A stretch of 64,000 nt of DNA from Chrysomallon squamiferum (taxonomy: Eukaryota > Animalia > Mollusca): contig CM022677.1 of NCBI GenBank assembly GCA_012295275.1, positions 26,164,001 through 26,228,000 on the forward strand, in the 5' to 3' direction. Positions 1 to 15,635 of this stretch are shown here, one piece after another; within the stretch, counting starts at the first letter, position 1, and each line of letters opens with the position of its first letter. The position numbers were made by a program, and so were the translations under genes. Under the pieces are notes generated by a model. The model had not been told where the DNA came from. It saw only the letters and a program-made list of their open reading frames with translations, and did no database searches.

Positions 1-670
1 GTCTATCTACCTGTGTTTGTGTGTCACACAGATGAACATTTCATCTCTGTCTTTCTACGTGTGTGTGTGTGTGAATTAATTATTGTTCCTATTATGGTTA
101 TTGTTCAAACGTATTAATTCTTAACAAATCTGAAGTAAGTTAATCATAACATCAAATTATCAAAATAGTCTGCTTGATCTGTTTTTCCTGTTCCGACCTC
201 GGCTGCCTTAGACCAGTGTCTGTGAACAGATGTGTGAAGTTATTGACGTTAATCTGATAAACCTCTCACCACTGCAATATGTTAACAAGATTATATAAAT
301 CTCTCCTCAAAAACAGAAATCTTAGTCATTATAGTAACATGCCAGTTAATCTAAGTATATACAGAAATACATTTGTACTGTGTGTGTGTGTGTATGTCTG
401 TCTGTATATGTGTGTTTGCATGCATGTATCTGTATAAAAGCAGCTGAATTTACGAAAATAGTTGTGAAAATGTTTATTAATGAAGGTGTGAGCGTGCGAG
501 TGTCTGTGTGTGTGTGTGTAGGGGAGTGTGTGCGTGTGTGTGTGTGTGTGTGGGTGTGTGTGCTTATAATGTTACGTTAATCCAGTAAAAACCTTCATTT
601 AGTAATATGCCAACACGATTATATAAACCTCCAGATTATAGAGATCTAAGATTATAGTAATAATAATATA

Positions 671-764
<94 letters not shown>

Positions 765-781
765 CATACATATGGATGTAC

Positions 782-859
<78 letters not shown>

Positions 860-2026
860 TAGATAGCCAGACAGACAGAGAGAGAAATTGAGACATTTAC
901 ATAATTTTTATGCACTACACGTTTGTCGCTTAAAATAAATAAATAATTGTTGATAAGAAACGATTTGTTAAATGGCTGCTGTAGAAACGTACTATACATG
1001 ATTTTTCAAGAATATTGTCTTTGTTTGTATATCTATATCTATATCTATAATATGTGTGTGTGTGTGTGTGTGTGTGTTTTAGAAATATTTAGTTATAATT
1101 AACTTAAATATTTTTTTGAGAATGCAATTATAATTCTAAAGATGCAGTTTTCTTTCTTTCCTTTTCTCTTTTATTTTCTTTCCTGTTATAACTTTGTTTT
1201 CTAAAGTTTCATCCATATAATTAAATATTTAAAGATTGCAATATAATAAAATATTCAATTATTTTTTTAATATTCTAAAGTTTTGCGGTGTATTAAATTT
1301 AAATTTAATATTCTAAAGTTTGCAAAGTTACGAAATTTTCAGTGATAATTAAAGATTTTAGAGATTGCAGTTTTAAAAATATTGATCTCTAAATTCAGAA
1401 ACTGACAAAATATTCAGTTCTTCATGATTACATAAAATTAAATTTTGCAATAATATTCTAAAGCGTGCAAATTATATACTCATAAGTTACAATTTGATGT
1501 ATATTAAAAATCAGTAGTGACAATGAAATATTTCAAGTACACATATACTCACATACACTGTAACAGAAACTTTTTCTTCACCTCTTATTTCCCATAATCC
1601 CCTTTCCGACGAGAAAACAAGAAATGTTCTGTATAACTGCTGACCACGGGTAAGTCTTGTTAGTCTGATTAGATTTAACCATGCGGAAAAATATTTACCT
1701 GTAATCCATCTGTTAAGGTGGAAAAAAAAATATTGCAATGCAAATGAGCTGAGATATGAAGTTCTGGGGGAAAAAAAAAAAAAAAAGATAAAATAAAAGG
1801 AAAATAAAGAAAAAGTAAGAATGTTTTATTTTGATATATTGAATGACTACAGATGCTGAAAGATGTTGCTGACGTTAAGAATTGTAAATGTAAAATTTGA
1901 TGATTAAAAAAGAACTACTCTTAGTAATACTACTATTACTGATACTTCTGCTGCTACTACTATACACAAACACACACATAAGAATCGTTATTCATTTTCT
2001 CTCTATTTCTCTCTGTCTGTCTGTCT

Positions 2027-2059
<33 letters not shown>

Positions 2060-2103
2060 TCATTATCTCATTCTCCATATATATGTATATACCTATGAAT
2101 CGT

Positions 2104-2247
<144 letters not shown>

Positions 2248-2577
2248 TTGAAAAATTCCTCGTTAAACAAACAGACCACATTTGCTGGTTGAAAGGAATT
2301 TAAACTTTTCAATGGATTTTCGCTCCCGTGTTTGGACGGCTCATTGACTCTGTGTTTTGAAAATCGTCGGAAGCTTCGTGCTAAGAATTCCTCACAGGCC
2401 TTGTCTCCATCTCGCTCCACTCGGCAGAACAACATCATCAGCTATTGTGTCAAGAAACTGCTTCAAACGCTGCCTGTGGCGTTTTATTCAGAAGATGTTA
2501 AGTTTAAGTCTGGGTTCACGGCCACATTTGTCAAGGACGGACATGCACAGTAAATCCTGCTGCTTCATCGTTTTTTG

Positions 2578-2608
<31 letters not shown>

Positions 2609-2730
2609 GATTATTTTTTTTAAACGAGGAGGCTGAAAGAAGGATGTCAGATTGTGAGGTTTTGCAAGATAATGATTACTGCAAATGAAATAAGAATGAA
2701 TGGAAAGAGGACTGATGTTAGATTAAGACT

Positions 2731-2836
<106 letters not shown>

Positions 2837-3184
2837 TTAAAGAATAACATTTATTTAAACATTTTTTATAAAATTCAGAGTACACAGAGTGGTGATGATT
2901 AGCAATAAAATACAACATGTCTACCGACTGTCTTTCTGTTTGTCTGTGTTTCTCTCTGTGTTTCTGCCTGTCTGTCTGTTTCGCTATCTCTATGTCTATT
3001 TGTCTCTCTGTTATTATTTGATAACTGTTTTGTTTTACTCACAACTGAAACCAGTAACAATATTAACTACTGCGACAAATTTAATTTTTTTGAAATTAAT
3101 TTCGATTGCAGTATAAAACAGGTTAGAGGTTTCTGCTACTACAAGTTTATTAAAGTAATAATAATAATAAATAATAATAATAAT

Positions 3185-3236
<52 letters not shown>

Positions 3237-4170
3237 CAAGAACAACAGTAACAATAACAATATCAGTAACAGTAACAACCACAACCACAACAACAACAAC
3301 AATAATAATAATAATAATGATAATGATAAATTTTAGGAAATAAAAAACAATTCTATGTTAATTAAAATGGGACAGGAAGGGAAATAACTCTATCAAGTAG
3401 TTATCATCGTATAGGTCTTGAATAGTCTACCTTGTTTCATTTTTTTTTTACATTTAACAATGTTCTTTTTTTCTTTCTTTTTTTGATAAAAGTAAAATAT
3501 TAATAATAACAAAAAGAAATTGAGGTTTTATTATTATTATTTATTTTATTTTGTTGTTCATTTGTTGCTCCTCGTTTTGTTGTTGTTGTTGTTTTCTTAT
3601 CTTATGTTCTTTTTTTATTTGTATCTTTTACTATGTTTAGTCTGTTTTTTATTTTTTTATTTTTTTCGTTTGTTTGGGGCTTTTTTATATTCGTACTTAA
3701 GTTTTACAAAATTGAAACATTCTTTCCTTCTTTTTTCTTTCTTTCTTTCGTTAGTTATATTATATTATATTATATTATATTATGATATTTTGTACTGTAT
3801 TGTATTGTATTATATTATATTATAATTGCATATCTTTTTTTTTTTTTCTTATTATTATTTCCCTGGAGGCAAAAACATATTCCTTTCGATCAATTTGAAT
3901 AAGTAGTGAAATAAAATAAATTAAAACAAATACAGTCAAAAATTAGTTACTAAATTGGTTTATTAATTCGTTATTCCATTATTTATGAAGACGACTTTAG
4001 TAAATAGCTAGGAAAAAATTAAGAAAGACATATTTATGATGTACGAGGAATAACTCTCGCATTAACTCAAACCATAATTAAAAGATAAATATGCCGCTTA
4101 TATTACAATAATTATAATTTATATCAAATGAATTTACATTTCTTTGTATTTAGACTTAATTCCATTTTTG

Positions 4171-4209
<39 letters not shown>

Positions 4210-6184
4210 TTAATTATTTTTTTTCATTCTGTTTATTAATTATCGCTCATGATCTTGAATTACATGATTAAAATTCTTTAAATACATAACTAAATCAGTA
4301 AACAGAGTTATCTCCCTTGCATCATTAACAATTCTAATATTGCCATTCAATTATTTTCTTCTACATTTAGTGCTAAATATTGCCAGAATTCTAAATAATA
4401 GTGATTACTTCGTAGGGCTTTGCTAAGTGACGAAGTTTGATTTACTAGATTTTGTTGTTCATTTATTTATATCTGTTTTTCTTGTTGTTTTGTTTTGTTT
4501 CGTTTTGTTGTCACAATCATCGCCATTCATAGATCAAACAGAGTTACTTCCCTTGTATCTCTTCTTAGAACATGAAATGAACACTATACAATAATTGTTG
4601 TTCTTGTTCTTGTTATGCTCATCATTATTATTTATTTATTTATTTATATATCAGTATTAAATTATATTATTTCTGCCATTAGGATGTCAGGCACGTGTGT
4701 GGGTGTTTGTCTCTTGTCTACAAATAGATGTGGTGGTGTACGATTTTGTCGTGCTTCAGTGCTTAATTTATTTCATTTATATTAAAAAGTTTAATTTCTT
4801 TTTTAAATTAGAATTTCATTATTCCAAAATTTCAAAAAAAAAAAAAAAAAAAAAAAAAAATAAAAATTAAATAACCATTGAGCTTTTCATTTTAATGATT
4901 ATGAAGATAATATTTCACCATTATTTAAAAATGAAATTTTATTGAACTTTTTTATTTTAACGGTTAAAAATAAACCATTATGAATTCTTTCATTAAATCG
5001 AGATGTTTATTCTTTTTTTTCACAGAGAGACAGACGTACGAACGCACGCACGTTCGCACACAAACACACACATACACACACACACACATGATATCAATTT
5101 AATTAACTGAAGTTTTTTAATCTGGTTAAAATTGCTGTCACTTGTAGATGTCTAGATATATGTTGAAAGAAAGAACGAAGGAAGGGAGGAGAAAACGTAT
5201 TTGTGTATTTGTGTGTATGTATTTGAGGGTGAGAGTGTTTTGTAAGTATGTATATCTGTCTTTCTCTGTGTGTTTGTATCTATCTTTGAGTGTATATTCG
5301 TGAGATAGAAAACAATGTATGTGTATCAGGACTTAATTAGAATAATATCTATTAACGTTAGTTGCATTTCAGATATATCTGTTATATTTATATTTGTTAC
5401 CGTTGATGGTTGATTTATGTGATACAAAAAACAATTACACATATTCATTTCTTGTTCTAGTGGATACAGACTTTGTAATTTAGTAGTTTAAGTCTCAGAT
5501 CATTAACACCTTGTCACGTGATGCTATTTTAGTCTGCTACCCTTTTGAGGTATTAATACCTATCAGACTGGTAACCTTGACACACAATACAAAGAGGTAA
5601 ATTAAATAACACAGAAAATAAAAAAACACGGCAAAGAGAGACAAAGTGTTTTATTTTCACATATTCATTTATTTGATATTGTCACACATATACACGAAAC
5701 ATTCATATATACGTATACGAACAAAGATACAGATATAATGTAAAAATGCGTGTTTGAGTGTATTTGTATCAGTGTTAGAATGTGACAGAGAAAGAATAAG
5801 CGAAAGGCAAAATAAGGAAGCAAAAAAATAAATGTGATTTATTGAAAGAAAGAGGTTTTTAAAACTTTGAATGTATATTTATGTATGCATGTATGAATTT
5901 ATGTATGCATGCATGTACGTGTGTGTATGTATGTATGTATGTATGTATGTGTGTGTATGTATGTATGTATGTATATATGTATGAATGTTTGTATGAATTA
6001 TGTATCTATGTATGTATGTATTTGTTCTGTGTGTGTTTGTTAAAGTTATTTTCTCCAATAATTAGTAAAAAAATCTGCGTCATTACCACTTAAGACGAGA
6101 TATTATAATCTAACTTATGACAGTGAAAACTGTGTGTACGTACAGAAACTGCTTACTAAGAACTGAAAGAAAATATTAAAAAAG

Positions 6185-6690
6185 CTAAACGGACAATTAA
6201 CATTCGTGTCCCACTTCACTCTGTGTGCTGCTGTCTGCACCCCCGGGCTGCGGGGTGTGTCACTTATGTTATTCTGATTCAAATTCTACAAGTTCGAGCT
6301 GTCAGTTAGAACGTTAAGAAATGTATAGAGAAGAGAGAGAGGGAAGGATGGATGAAAAATTTGGGACGAATGAGAGAAGCTGATTAATTACTTGGACATG
6401 GATTGGTTGAACATGTATCTGTGACTTGTTCAGTTGCTGATCCAACACAATTTTTTCCACCATTTTGTGCAGGAGGACTGTTACAAGAACGGCTTCTTTG
6501 ACCAGTTTTTTTCCTCCACCACAAGTCACTGAACAAGGTCCATAGACTGCCTGACCCCAAGCTCCCCACTGACCATCAACTAAAAATAAAAGATTTGTTA
6601 ATTAATATATATTTATAATATTTATAATTTATACATATTTATAATATTCTAGTAGTTATCTTGATGTTTTATAATTTAAGAGAGGAACGA

Positions 6691-6757
<67 letters not shown>

Positions 6758-6915
6758 TGCTTAACGTTTGTTATATAAATATTATTCATTTCAAAGAGAC
6801 CATCGAGTAATTGACTTACTTCCTTGTTGTTCATTTGTTTCTACTAAAGAAACAAAAATGGTCAAAGCCGTCAGAGCTGTAACCAAAGTCTTCGTGTCCT
6901 GAGATCAAGAGAATC
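6185..6915 (-). pseudogene. Disabled paralog of the small secreted TSR gene
   Basis: Signal-peptide exon 6915-6820 has ACG (6895-6893) in place of ATG. Canonical TSR exon 6579-6392 (DGQWGAW...CSVTCGGG...QRSRSCNSPPAQNGGKNC...CSTNPCP) is frameshifted in an A7 run (6506-6512). Only a decayed remnant (DTNVNCP) of the terminal exon remains near 6185-6240. Confidence 0.72.
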
Positions 6916-8953
6916 CTGGAAAAATAGAAGTTAAGAAATATAGAACATTTCTGCCTATGGCTATTAAGAATCTTGTTCATACTGGTACAGGTAATTTGGT
7001 TACTGCTGTTATTGAAAATATTTGGTGCGTGTGAATCTTTGTCTAATAATCTCATAGAAATTTGTAATATTTTTTTATTAATTTTATTTTATTTTATAGA
7101 TTTATTTATTATTTATATATGTTATTTAATCCTCTTTTGTGTTACTGTTATTCTTATTCTTATTATTTATTATTATTCTTCTTATTATTCTTATTATTAT
7201 TATTGTTGTTGTTGTTGTCTTATACATATACATACACACGCACATACACACACACATATATTTTGTTCTACAAATGTTTAATTATACTTTGTAATTTTCA
7301 TTTCTCTCTGTCTCACTACGTGTGTCAGTGTGTGTGTGTGTAAATTAATTATTGTTGCTTTTATCATTTTACTTCAAACGTATTAATTCTTAACGATATA
7401 AGAATGAAGTTAATATGTAATGTGATCAATACATTGAAACCAGTCAGCTTGTCTGTCGTAATCTGCGTTTTCACTTTTGTTGTTTTCATCCTTAGACCAA
7501 TATTTGTGTAAAGTTACTGACGTTAATCTGATAAACCTCTTACACTGCAATACTAAACAAGATTATGCAAATCCCTGCACAAAAATAGAGATCTTAGTCA
7601 TTATGGTAATATGGCAATTAATTTAAACATACATAGGGAAGAACTTATACTTGTGTTTCGGTATTATAATGTATGTATGTATACATATATATATATATAT
7701 GTATTTCAGTGTATATCTAAGTGCATGTATGTGTCTGTGTATGTGTGTTATGTATATGTATATGTATATATACACAAGCACACACAAACACACACATATT
7801 TAATTAGATGTAAAATTGATGACCGAAAGACAGACGGACAGACAGACAAACAAACGTATGTGTGTGTCTGTGTATATATATGATCCTAAGGTTATTTTTT
7901 TAGAAGCCTTATTTTGTATATGCTAATGAGATTATAATTATTTGTAGTTTTATATATATATACATACACACACACAAACATACATACATACTAGTATATA
8001 CATATTTACATAAAACGAACAATACTCAATATTTCAAGAATTACATTTTCCTGTTTTCCTTGTTCGTGTTGATATTACCATAACAATAGAAACGTTAGCA
8101 GTAGCATTCAAAATAAAATAATTATTAATTGAATATTCTAAAGTTTAACAAAACTAAATTCAATTATAATTAAATTAAAATCATCTAAAGTATCGTCTTT
8201 GGCAATTTTAATTCTAATTTTAATTCCTTATACTTAAATATTTAAAGATTGCAATATCATAAACTATTCAATTGTTATTTAATATTGTAAAGTTTGCAAA
8301 GTTATGACACATTCAATTATAATTACGTATTCAGTCATTCAATTATAAATTTTTGTTCAATTATTAAATATTCCATTAAGTTAAATAGTGTAATATAATT
8401 TAATATTGTAAAATTGGCAGTTTATAAACCAGTCAGTTAGAATTTGATGTTTACTAAAATTTATTTCATGTACGTATATACTCACAGAGAAATTTTCTTT
8501 CCGTCGAGAAAACAAGAAATGTTCTGTATAACAGCTTTCCACGAGTAAGTCTTGTTAGTCTGATTAGATTTAACCATGCGGAAATATATTTACCTGTAAT
8601 CCAACTGTTAAGGTGAATAAACAAAATATTGGAAAAGAAATGGGCAGAGATTTCATGTTCAGGGGAAAAATTAAAAGGACAATAAAGAAAAAAAAGAATG
8701 TATTATTTTGATGTATTGTGTGACTACAGATGCTAAAAGACGTCAACAACTGTAAATGTCAAATTTGATGATTATAGAATAAGAAGGAGCAAAACACGGT
8801 TTTATATATGTAAGTCAATATTTGACGCTTTCTGATTTTATATATATATGTAGATAGATCGATAGCTAGCTAGATAGATAGATAGATAGATAGATAGATG
8901 GATGTATAGATAGAGAGATAGATATAAATATTTTTTTGTGAAATAAGAATTGT

Positions 8954-9012
<59 letters not shown>

Positions 9013-9361
9013 TATATGAAGATACCTATGAATCGATGCAGAGAGAGAGAGAGAGAGACGAGAGTGTGAGAGAGAGAGAGAGTCTAAAAATCTGTATATA
9101 TGAAAATTATGTAAATAATGAAATGTCTGTCTATTTATCTGCCTTTCTGTCTGTCTGTGTTTCTTTCTGTATGTCTGCCTATTTGTCTACCTATTTCTCA
9201 GTCTGTATGTCTGTCTGTCTATCTGTTATTATTTAATACCTGTTTTGTTTTAGTCACAACAAAAACCACTAAGCATGAATGTAATAATAATACATTACAG
9301 CGATAAATTTAATTTCAAAAATTATTTTGGAACAATAACAATAATAATGATGATGATGATG

Positions 9362-9395
<34 letters not shown>

Positions 9396-9883
9396 CAACA
9401 ACAACAACAACAAAAAACACAAAAACAACAACAACAACAATAATAATAATAATACATTTTAGGAAATAACAAACTTCTGTGCGAAATAAAAACGGGATAG
9501 GAAGGGAAATAATTCTATCAAGTAATTGTCATCGTATAGAGCTTGAATAGTCTACCTTTCTTCACATTTTATTTACATACGGGGTTTTCTCCACTTAACA
9601 ATGTTCATTTTTTCTTATCTTTTGATAAAAATAAAATATTAATAATAATAAAAATAAATTTTCTTTGTTTTCATTTTTATTTTGTTTGTTTCTTCTTTGT
9701 CCCCCTATTTTGTGTTGTTGTAGTTTTCTTTAGTATGGCTTTTCCTTTCTCACTATTACTTATTTCATTATTGGTTGCTTTTATTTTTAGCGTAGATTTG
9801 GGGCTTTTTAACATTAATACTTATTTATGTGTACTGAAATTGAAAGAATTCTTTTGTGAGGCTTTTATACTCTGCTACCCTTT

Positions 9884-12800
9884 AGACTAGTCAGACTAGT
9901 CACCACTCCTAACTCAGACTAGTCATCACTCATAACTCAGACTAGTCACCACTCCTAACTCAGACTAGTCACCACTCCTAACTCAGACTAGTCATCACTC
10001 ATAACTCAGACTAATCATCACTCCTAACTCAGACTAGTCATCACTCCTAACTCAGACTAGTCACCACTCCTAACTCAGACTAGTCACCACTCCTAACTCA
10101 GACTAGTCATCACTCATAACTCAGACTAATCATCACTCCTAACTCAGACTAGTCATCACTCCTAACTCAGACTAGTCATCACTCCTAACTCAGACCAGTC
10201 AGACTACTCACCACTCCTAACTCAGACTAGTCATCCTAGTCACCACTCCTAACTCAGACTAGTCATCCTAGTCACCACTCCTAACTCAGACTAGTCAGAC
10301 TAGTCACCACTCCTAACTCAGACTAGTCATCACTCCTAACTCAGACTAGTCATCACTCCTAACTCAGACTAGTCATCACTCCTAACTCAGACTAATCATC
10401 ACTCCTAACTCAGACTAGTCATCACTCCTAACTCAGACTAGTCACCACTCCTAACTCAGACTAGTCACCACTCCTAAGACAGACTAGTCATCCTAGTCAC
10501 AACTCCTAACTCAGACTAGTCATCCTAGTCACCACTCCTAACTCAGAGAAGTCACCACTCCTAACTGAGACTAGTCACCACTCCTAACTCAGACTAGTCA
10601 TCACTCCTAACTCAGACTAGTCATCCTAGTCACCACTCCTAACTCAGACTAGTCATCCTAGTCATCACTCCTAACTCAGACTAGTCACCACTCCTAACTC
10701 AGACTAGTCATCCTAGTCATCACTCCTAACTCAGACTAGTCATCACTCCTAACTCAGACCAGTCAGACTACTCACCACTCCTAACTCAGACTAGTCATCC
10801 TAGTCACCACTCCTAACTCAGACTAGTCATCCTAGTCATCACTCCTAACTCAGAATAGTCATCACTCCTAACTCAGACCAGTCAGACTACTCACCACTCC
10901 TAACTCAGACTAGTCATCCTAGTCACCACTCCTAACTCAGACTAGTCATCCTAGTCACCACTCCTAACTCAGACTAGTCATCCTAGACATCACTCCTAAC
11001 TCAGAATAGTCATCACTCCTAACTCAGACCAGTCAGACTACTCACCACTCCTAACTCAGACTAGTCATCCTAGTCACCACTCCTAACTCAGACTAGTCAG
11101 ACTAGTCACCACTCCTAACTCAGACTAGTCATCACTCCTAACTCAGACTAGTCATCACTCCTAACTCAGACTAGTCATCACTCCTAACTCAGACTAATCA
11201 TCACTCCTAACTCAGACTAGTCATCACTCCTAACTCAGACTAGTCACCACTCCTAACTCAGACTAGTCACCACTCCTAAGACAGACTAGTCATCCTAGTC
11301 ACAACTCCTAACTCAGACTAGTCATCCTAGTCACCACTCCTAACTCAGAGAAGTCACCACTCCTAACTGAGACTAGTCACCACTCCTAACTCAGACTAGT
11401 CATCACTCCTAACTCAGACTAGTCATCCTAGTCACCACTCCTAACTCAGACTAGTCATCCTAGTCATCACTCCTAACTCAGACTAGTCACCACTCCTAAC
11501 TCAGACTAGTCATCCTAGTCATCACTCCTAACTCAGACTAGTCATCACTCCTAACTCAGACCAGTCAGACTACTCACCACTCCTAACTCAGACTAGTCAT
11601 CCTAGTCACCACTCCTAACTCAGACTAGTCATCCTAGTCATCACTCCTAACTCAGAATAGTCATCACTCCCTAACTCAGACCAGTCAGACTACTCACCAC
11701 TCCTAACTCAGACTAGTCATCCTAGTCACCACTCCTAACTCAGACTAGTCATCCTAGTCACCACTCCTAACTCAGACTAGTCATCCTAGACATCACTCCT
11801 AACTCAGAATAGTCATCACTCCTAACTCAGACCAGTCAGACTACTCACCACTCCTAACTCAGACTAGTCATCCTAGTCACCACTCCTAACTCAGACTAGT
11901 CAGACTAGTCACCACTCCTAACTCAGACTAGTCATCACTCCTAACTCAGACTAGTCATCACTCCTAACTCAGACTAGTCATCACTCCTAACTCAGACTAA
12001 TCATCACTCCTAACTCAGACTAGTCATCACTCCTAACTCAGACTAGTCACCACTCCTAACTCAGACTAGTCACCACTCCTAAGACAGACTAGTCATCCTA
12101 GTCACAACTCCTAACTCAGACTAGTCATCCTAGTCACCACTCCTAACTCAGAGAAGTCACCACTCCTAACTGAGACCAGTCACCACTCCTAACTCAGACT
12201 AGTCATCACTCCTAACTCAGACTAGTCATCCTAGTCATCACTCCTAACTCAGACTAGTCACCACTCCTAACTCAGACTAGTCATCCTAGTCATCACTCCT
12301 AACTCAGACTAGTCATCACTCCTAACTCAGACCAGTCAGACTACTCACCACTCCTAACTCAGACTAGTCATCCTAGTCACCACTCCTAACTCAGACTAGT
12401 CATCCTAGTCACCACTCCTAACTCAGACTAGTCATCCTAGTCATCACTCCTAACTCAGAATAGTCATCACTCCTAACTCAGACCAGTCAGACTACTCACC
12501 ACTCCTAACTCAGACTAGTCATCCTAGTCACCACTCCTAACTCAGACTAGTCAGACTAGTCACCACTCCTAACTCAGACTAGTCACCACTCCTAAGACAG
12601 ACTAGTCATCCTAGTCACCACTCCTAACTCAGACTAGTCAGACTAGTCACCACTCCTAACTCAGACTAGTCATCACTCATAACTCAGACTAATCATCACT
12701 CTTAACTCAGACTAGTCATCACTCCTAACTCAGACTAGTCAGACTAGTCACCACTCCTAACTCAGACTACTCATCACTCCTAACTCAGACTAGTCATCAC

Positions 12801-14776
12801 TCCTAACTCAGACTAGTCATCACTCCTAACTCAGACTAGTCAGACTAGTCACCACTCCTAACTCAGACTAGTCACCACTCCTAAGACAGACTAGTCATCC
12901 TAGTCACAACTCCTAACTGAGACTAGTCATCACTCCTAACTCAGACTAGTCACCACTCCTAATTCAGACTAGTCATCACTCCTAACTCAGACTAGTCGTC
13001 CTAGTCACCACTCCTAACTCAGACTAGTCACCACTCCTAACTCAGACTAGTCATCCTAGTCATCACTCCTAACTCAGACTAGTCATCCTAGTCATCACTC
13101 CTAACTCAGACTAGTCATCCTAGTCACCACTCCTAACTCAGACTAGTCATCACTCCTAACAGAATAGTCATCACTCCTAACTCAGACCAGTCAGACTACT
13201 CACCACTCCTAACTCAGACTAGTCATCCTAGTCACCACTCCTAACTCAGACTAGTCAGACTAGTCACCACTCCTAAGACAGACTAGTCATCCTAGTCACC
13301 ACTCCTAACTCAGACTAGTCATCCTAGTCACCACTCCTAACTCAGACTAGTTACCACTCCTAACTCAGACTAGTCATCACTCCTAACTCAGACTAGTCAT
13401 CACTCTTAACTCAGACTAGTCAGACTAGTCACCACTCCTAACTCAGACTAGTCATCCTAGTCACCACTCCTAACTCAGACTAGTTACCACTCCTAACTCA
13501 GACTAGTCATCACTCCCAACTCAGACTAGTCACCACTCCTAACTCAGACTAGTTACCACTCCTAACTCAGACTAGTCATCACTCCTAACTCAGACTAGTC
13601 ATCACTCTTAACTCAGACTAGTCAGACTAGTCACCACTCCTAACTCAGACTAGTCATCCTAGTCACCACTCCTAACTCAGACTAGTCATCACTCCTAACT
13701 CAGACTAGTCATCCTAGTCACCACTTCTAACTCAGTCTAGTCAGACTACTCACCACTCCTAACTCATCCTAGTGATCCTAGTCACCACTCCTAACTCAGA
13801 CTAGTCATCACTCCTAACTCAGACTAGTCATTCTAGTCACCACTCCTAACTCAGACTAGTCAGACTACTCACCACACCTAACTCAGACTAGTCACCACTG
13901 CTAACTCAGACTAGTCACCACATCTATCTCAGACTAGTCCCCACTCCTAACTCAGTGTAGTCACCACACCTAACTCAGACTAGTCACCACTCCGAACTCA
14001 GGCTAGTCACCACTCCTAACTCAGACTAGTCACCACTCCTAACTCAGACTAGTCACCACACCGAACTCAGAATAGTCACCACTCCGAACTCAGACTAGTC
14101 ATCCTAGTCACCACTCCTAACTCAGTCTAGTCATCCTAGTCACCACTCTTAACTCAGACTAGTCACCACTCCTAACTCAGACTAGTCACCACTCCTAACT
14201 CAGACTAGTCAGACTACTCACCACTCCTAACTCAGACTAGTGAGACTACTCACCTCTCCTAACTCAGACTAATCACACTCCTAACTCAAACTAGTCATCA
14301 CTCATAACTCAGACTAGTCATCCTAGTCACCACTTCTAATTCAGTCTAGTTAGACTACTCACCACTCCTAACTCATCCTAGTGATCCTAGTCACCACTCC
14401 TAACTCAGACTAGTCACCACTCATAACTCAGACTAGTCACCACTCCTAACTCAGACTAGTCACCACTCCTAACTCAGACTAGTCACCACTCCTAACTCAG
14501 ACTAGTCACCACTCCTAACTCAGACTAGTCATCACTCATAACTCAGACTAGTCAGACTAGTCACCACTCCTAACTCAGACTAGTCATCCTAGTCACCACT
14601 CTTAACTCAGAGTAGTCACCACTCATAACTCAGACTAGTCACCACACCTAACTCAGAGTAGTCACCTCTCCTAACTCAGACTAGTCAGACTAGTCACCAC
14701 TGCTAACTCAGACTAGTCACCACTCCTAACTCACACTAGTCAGCCTAGTCACCACTCATAACTCACACTAGTCACC
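9884..14776. repeat. Minisatellite array, 23-bp unit CTAGTCACCACTCCTAACTCAGA with 9-bp inserts and ~802-bp higher-order repeat
   Basis: About 4.9 kb of directly visible tandem units; the rare variant GAGAAGTC recurs at 10546, 11348 and 12151. Confidence 0.97.
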
Positions 14777-15275
14777 TTGACGCACAGTACAAAGAGGTAA
14801 ATTAAATAACATAGAAAATAAAAAAGTGTTTTATTTTCACACATTGATTTATTTCTTTTATTTCTTTATTGACATTGTCACAGATATACACACACACACA
14901 TATATATATATATATATGTACGAACAAACATACAGATATAATGTATGTATGTATGTATGTATTTATGTATGTATGTATGTATGTATGCATGTATTTATGT
15001 ATGTATGTATGTATGTATGTATGCATGCATGTATTTATGTATGTATGCATTTATTACATGTGTGTATGTGTGTATGTACGTGTTGTGTGTTGTTAAAGAG
15101 TTATTTTCTCCGAATATTTAGTAAAAAAAAAAAAAAAAAAAAAACTGTCACATTGCCACTTATGTTCATTGTCAATTACATCTGCCTCATACCACGTAAG
15201 GTCTGATATCACTTAGGCCAGTGAAGACTACATGAACGCGTACAAACTAAGAACTGAAAGGGAATACTAACACGG

Positions 15276-15496
15276 CTAATCACCTGGACAGTCAACATTC
15301 GTGTTGTACTGTTCACTGTGTGTCAGTGTACTGTGACCGAAACATTTGCAGACGCGTTCTTCGCGCCTCGTTCTGGTTCCAATTCCACAAGAGACGCTGC
15401 CGCCGTCGTATCCTCGAATCTCCCAGGAGGTCCAACCTTGACCTTCTGGAGCGTTAAAAAAGTTATAGAGAGTGATCGAAATATATAACAAACGTA

Positions 15497-15554
<58 letters not shown>

Positions 15555-15578
15555 GACCAAACAGACCATCCAGTAATT

Positions 15579-15635
<57 letters not shown>

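Noticed and set aside
230-350. Conserved block (also ~7500-7630 and ~16560-16700) as a decayed VWA exon
   Set aside because: Only a faint resemblance, with stops in all copies; not supportable without a profile search.
9884-14776. CRISPR-like array or coding repeat
   Set aside because: No unique spacers, no cas genes, eukaryotic context, and stop codons throughout both strands.
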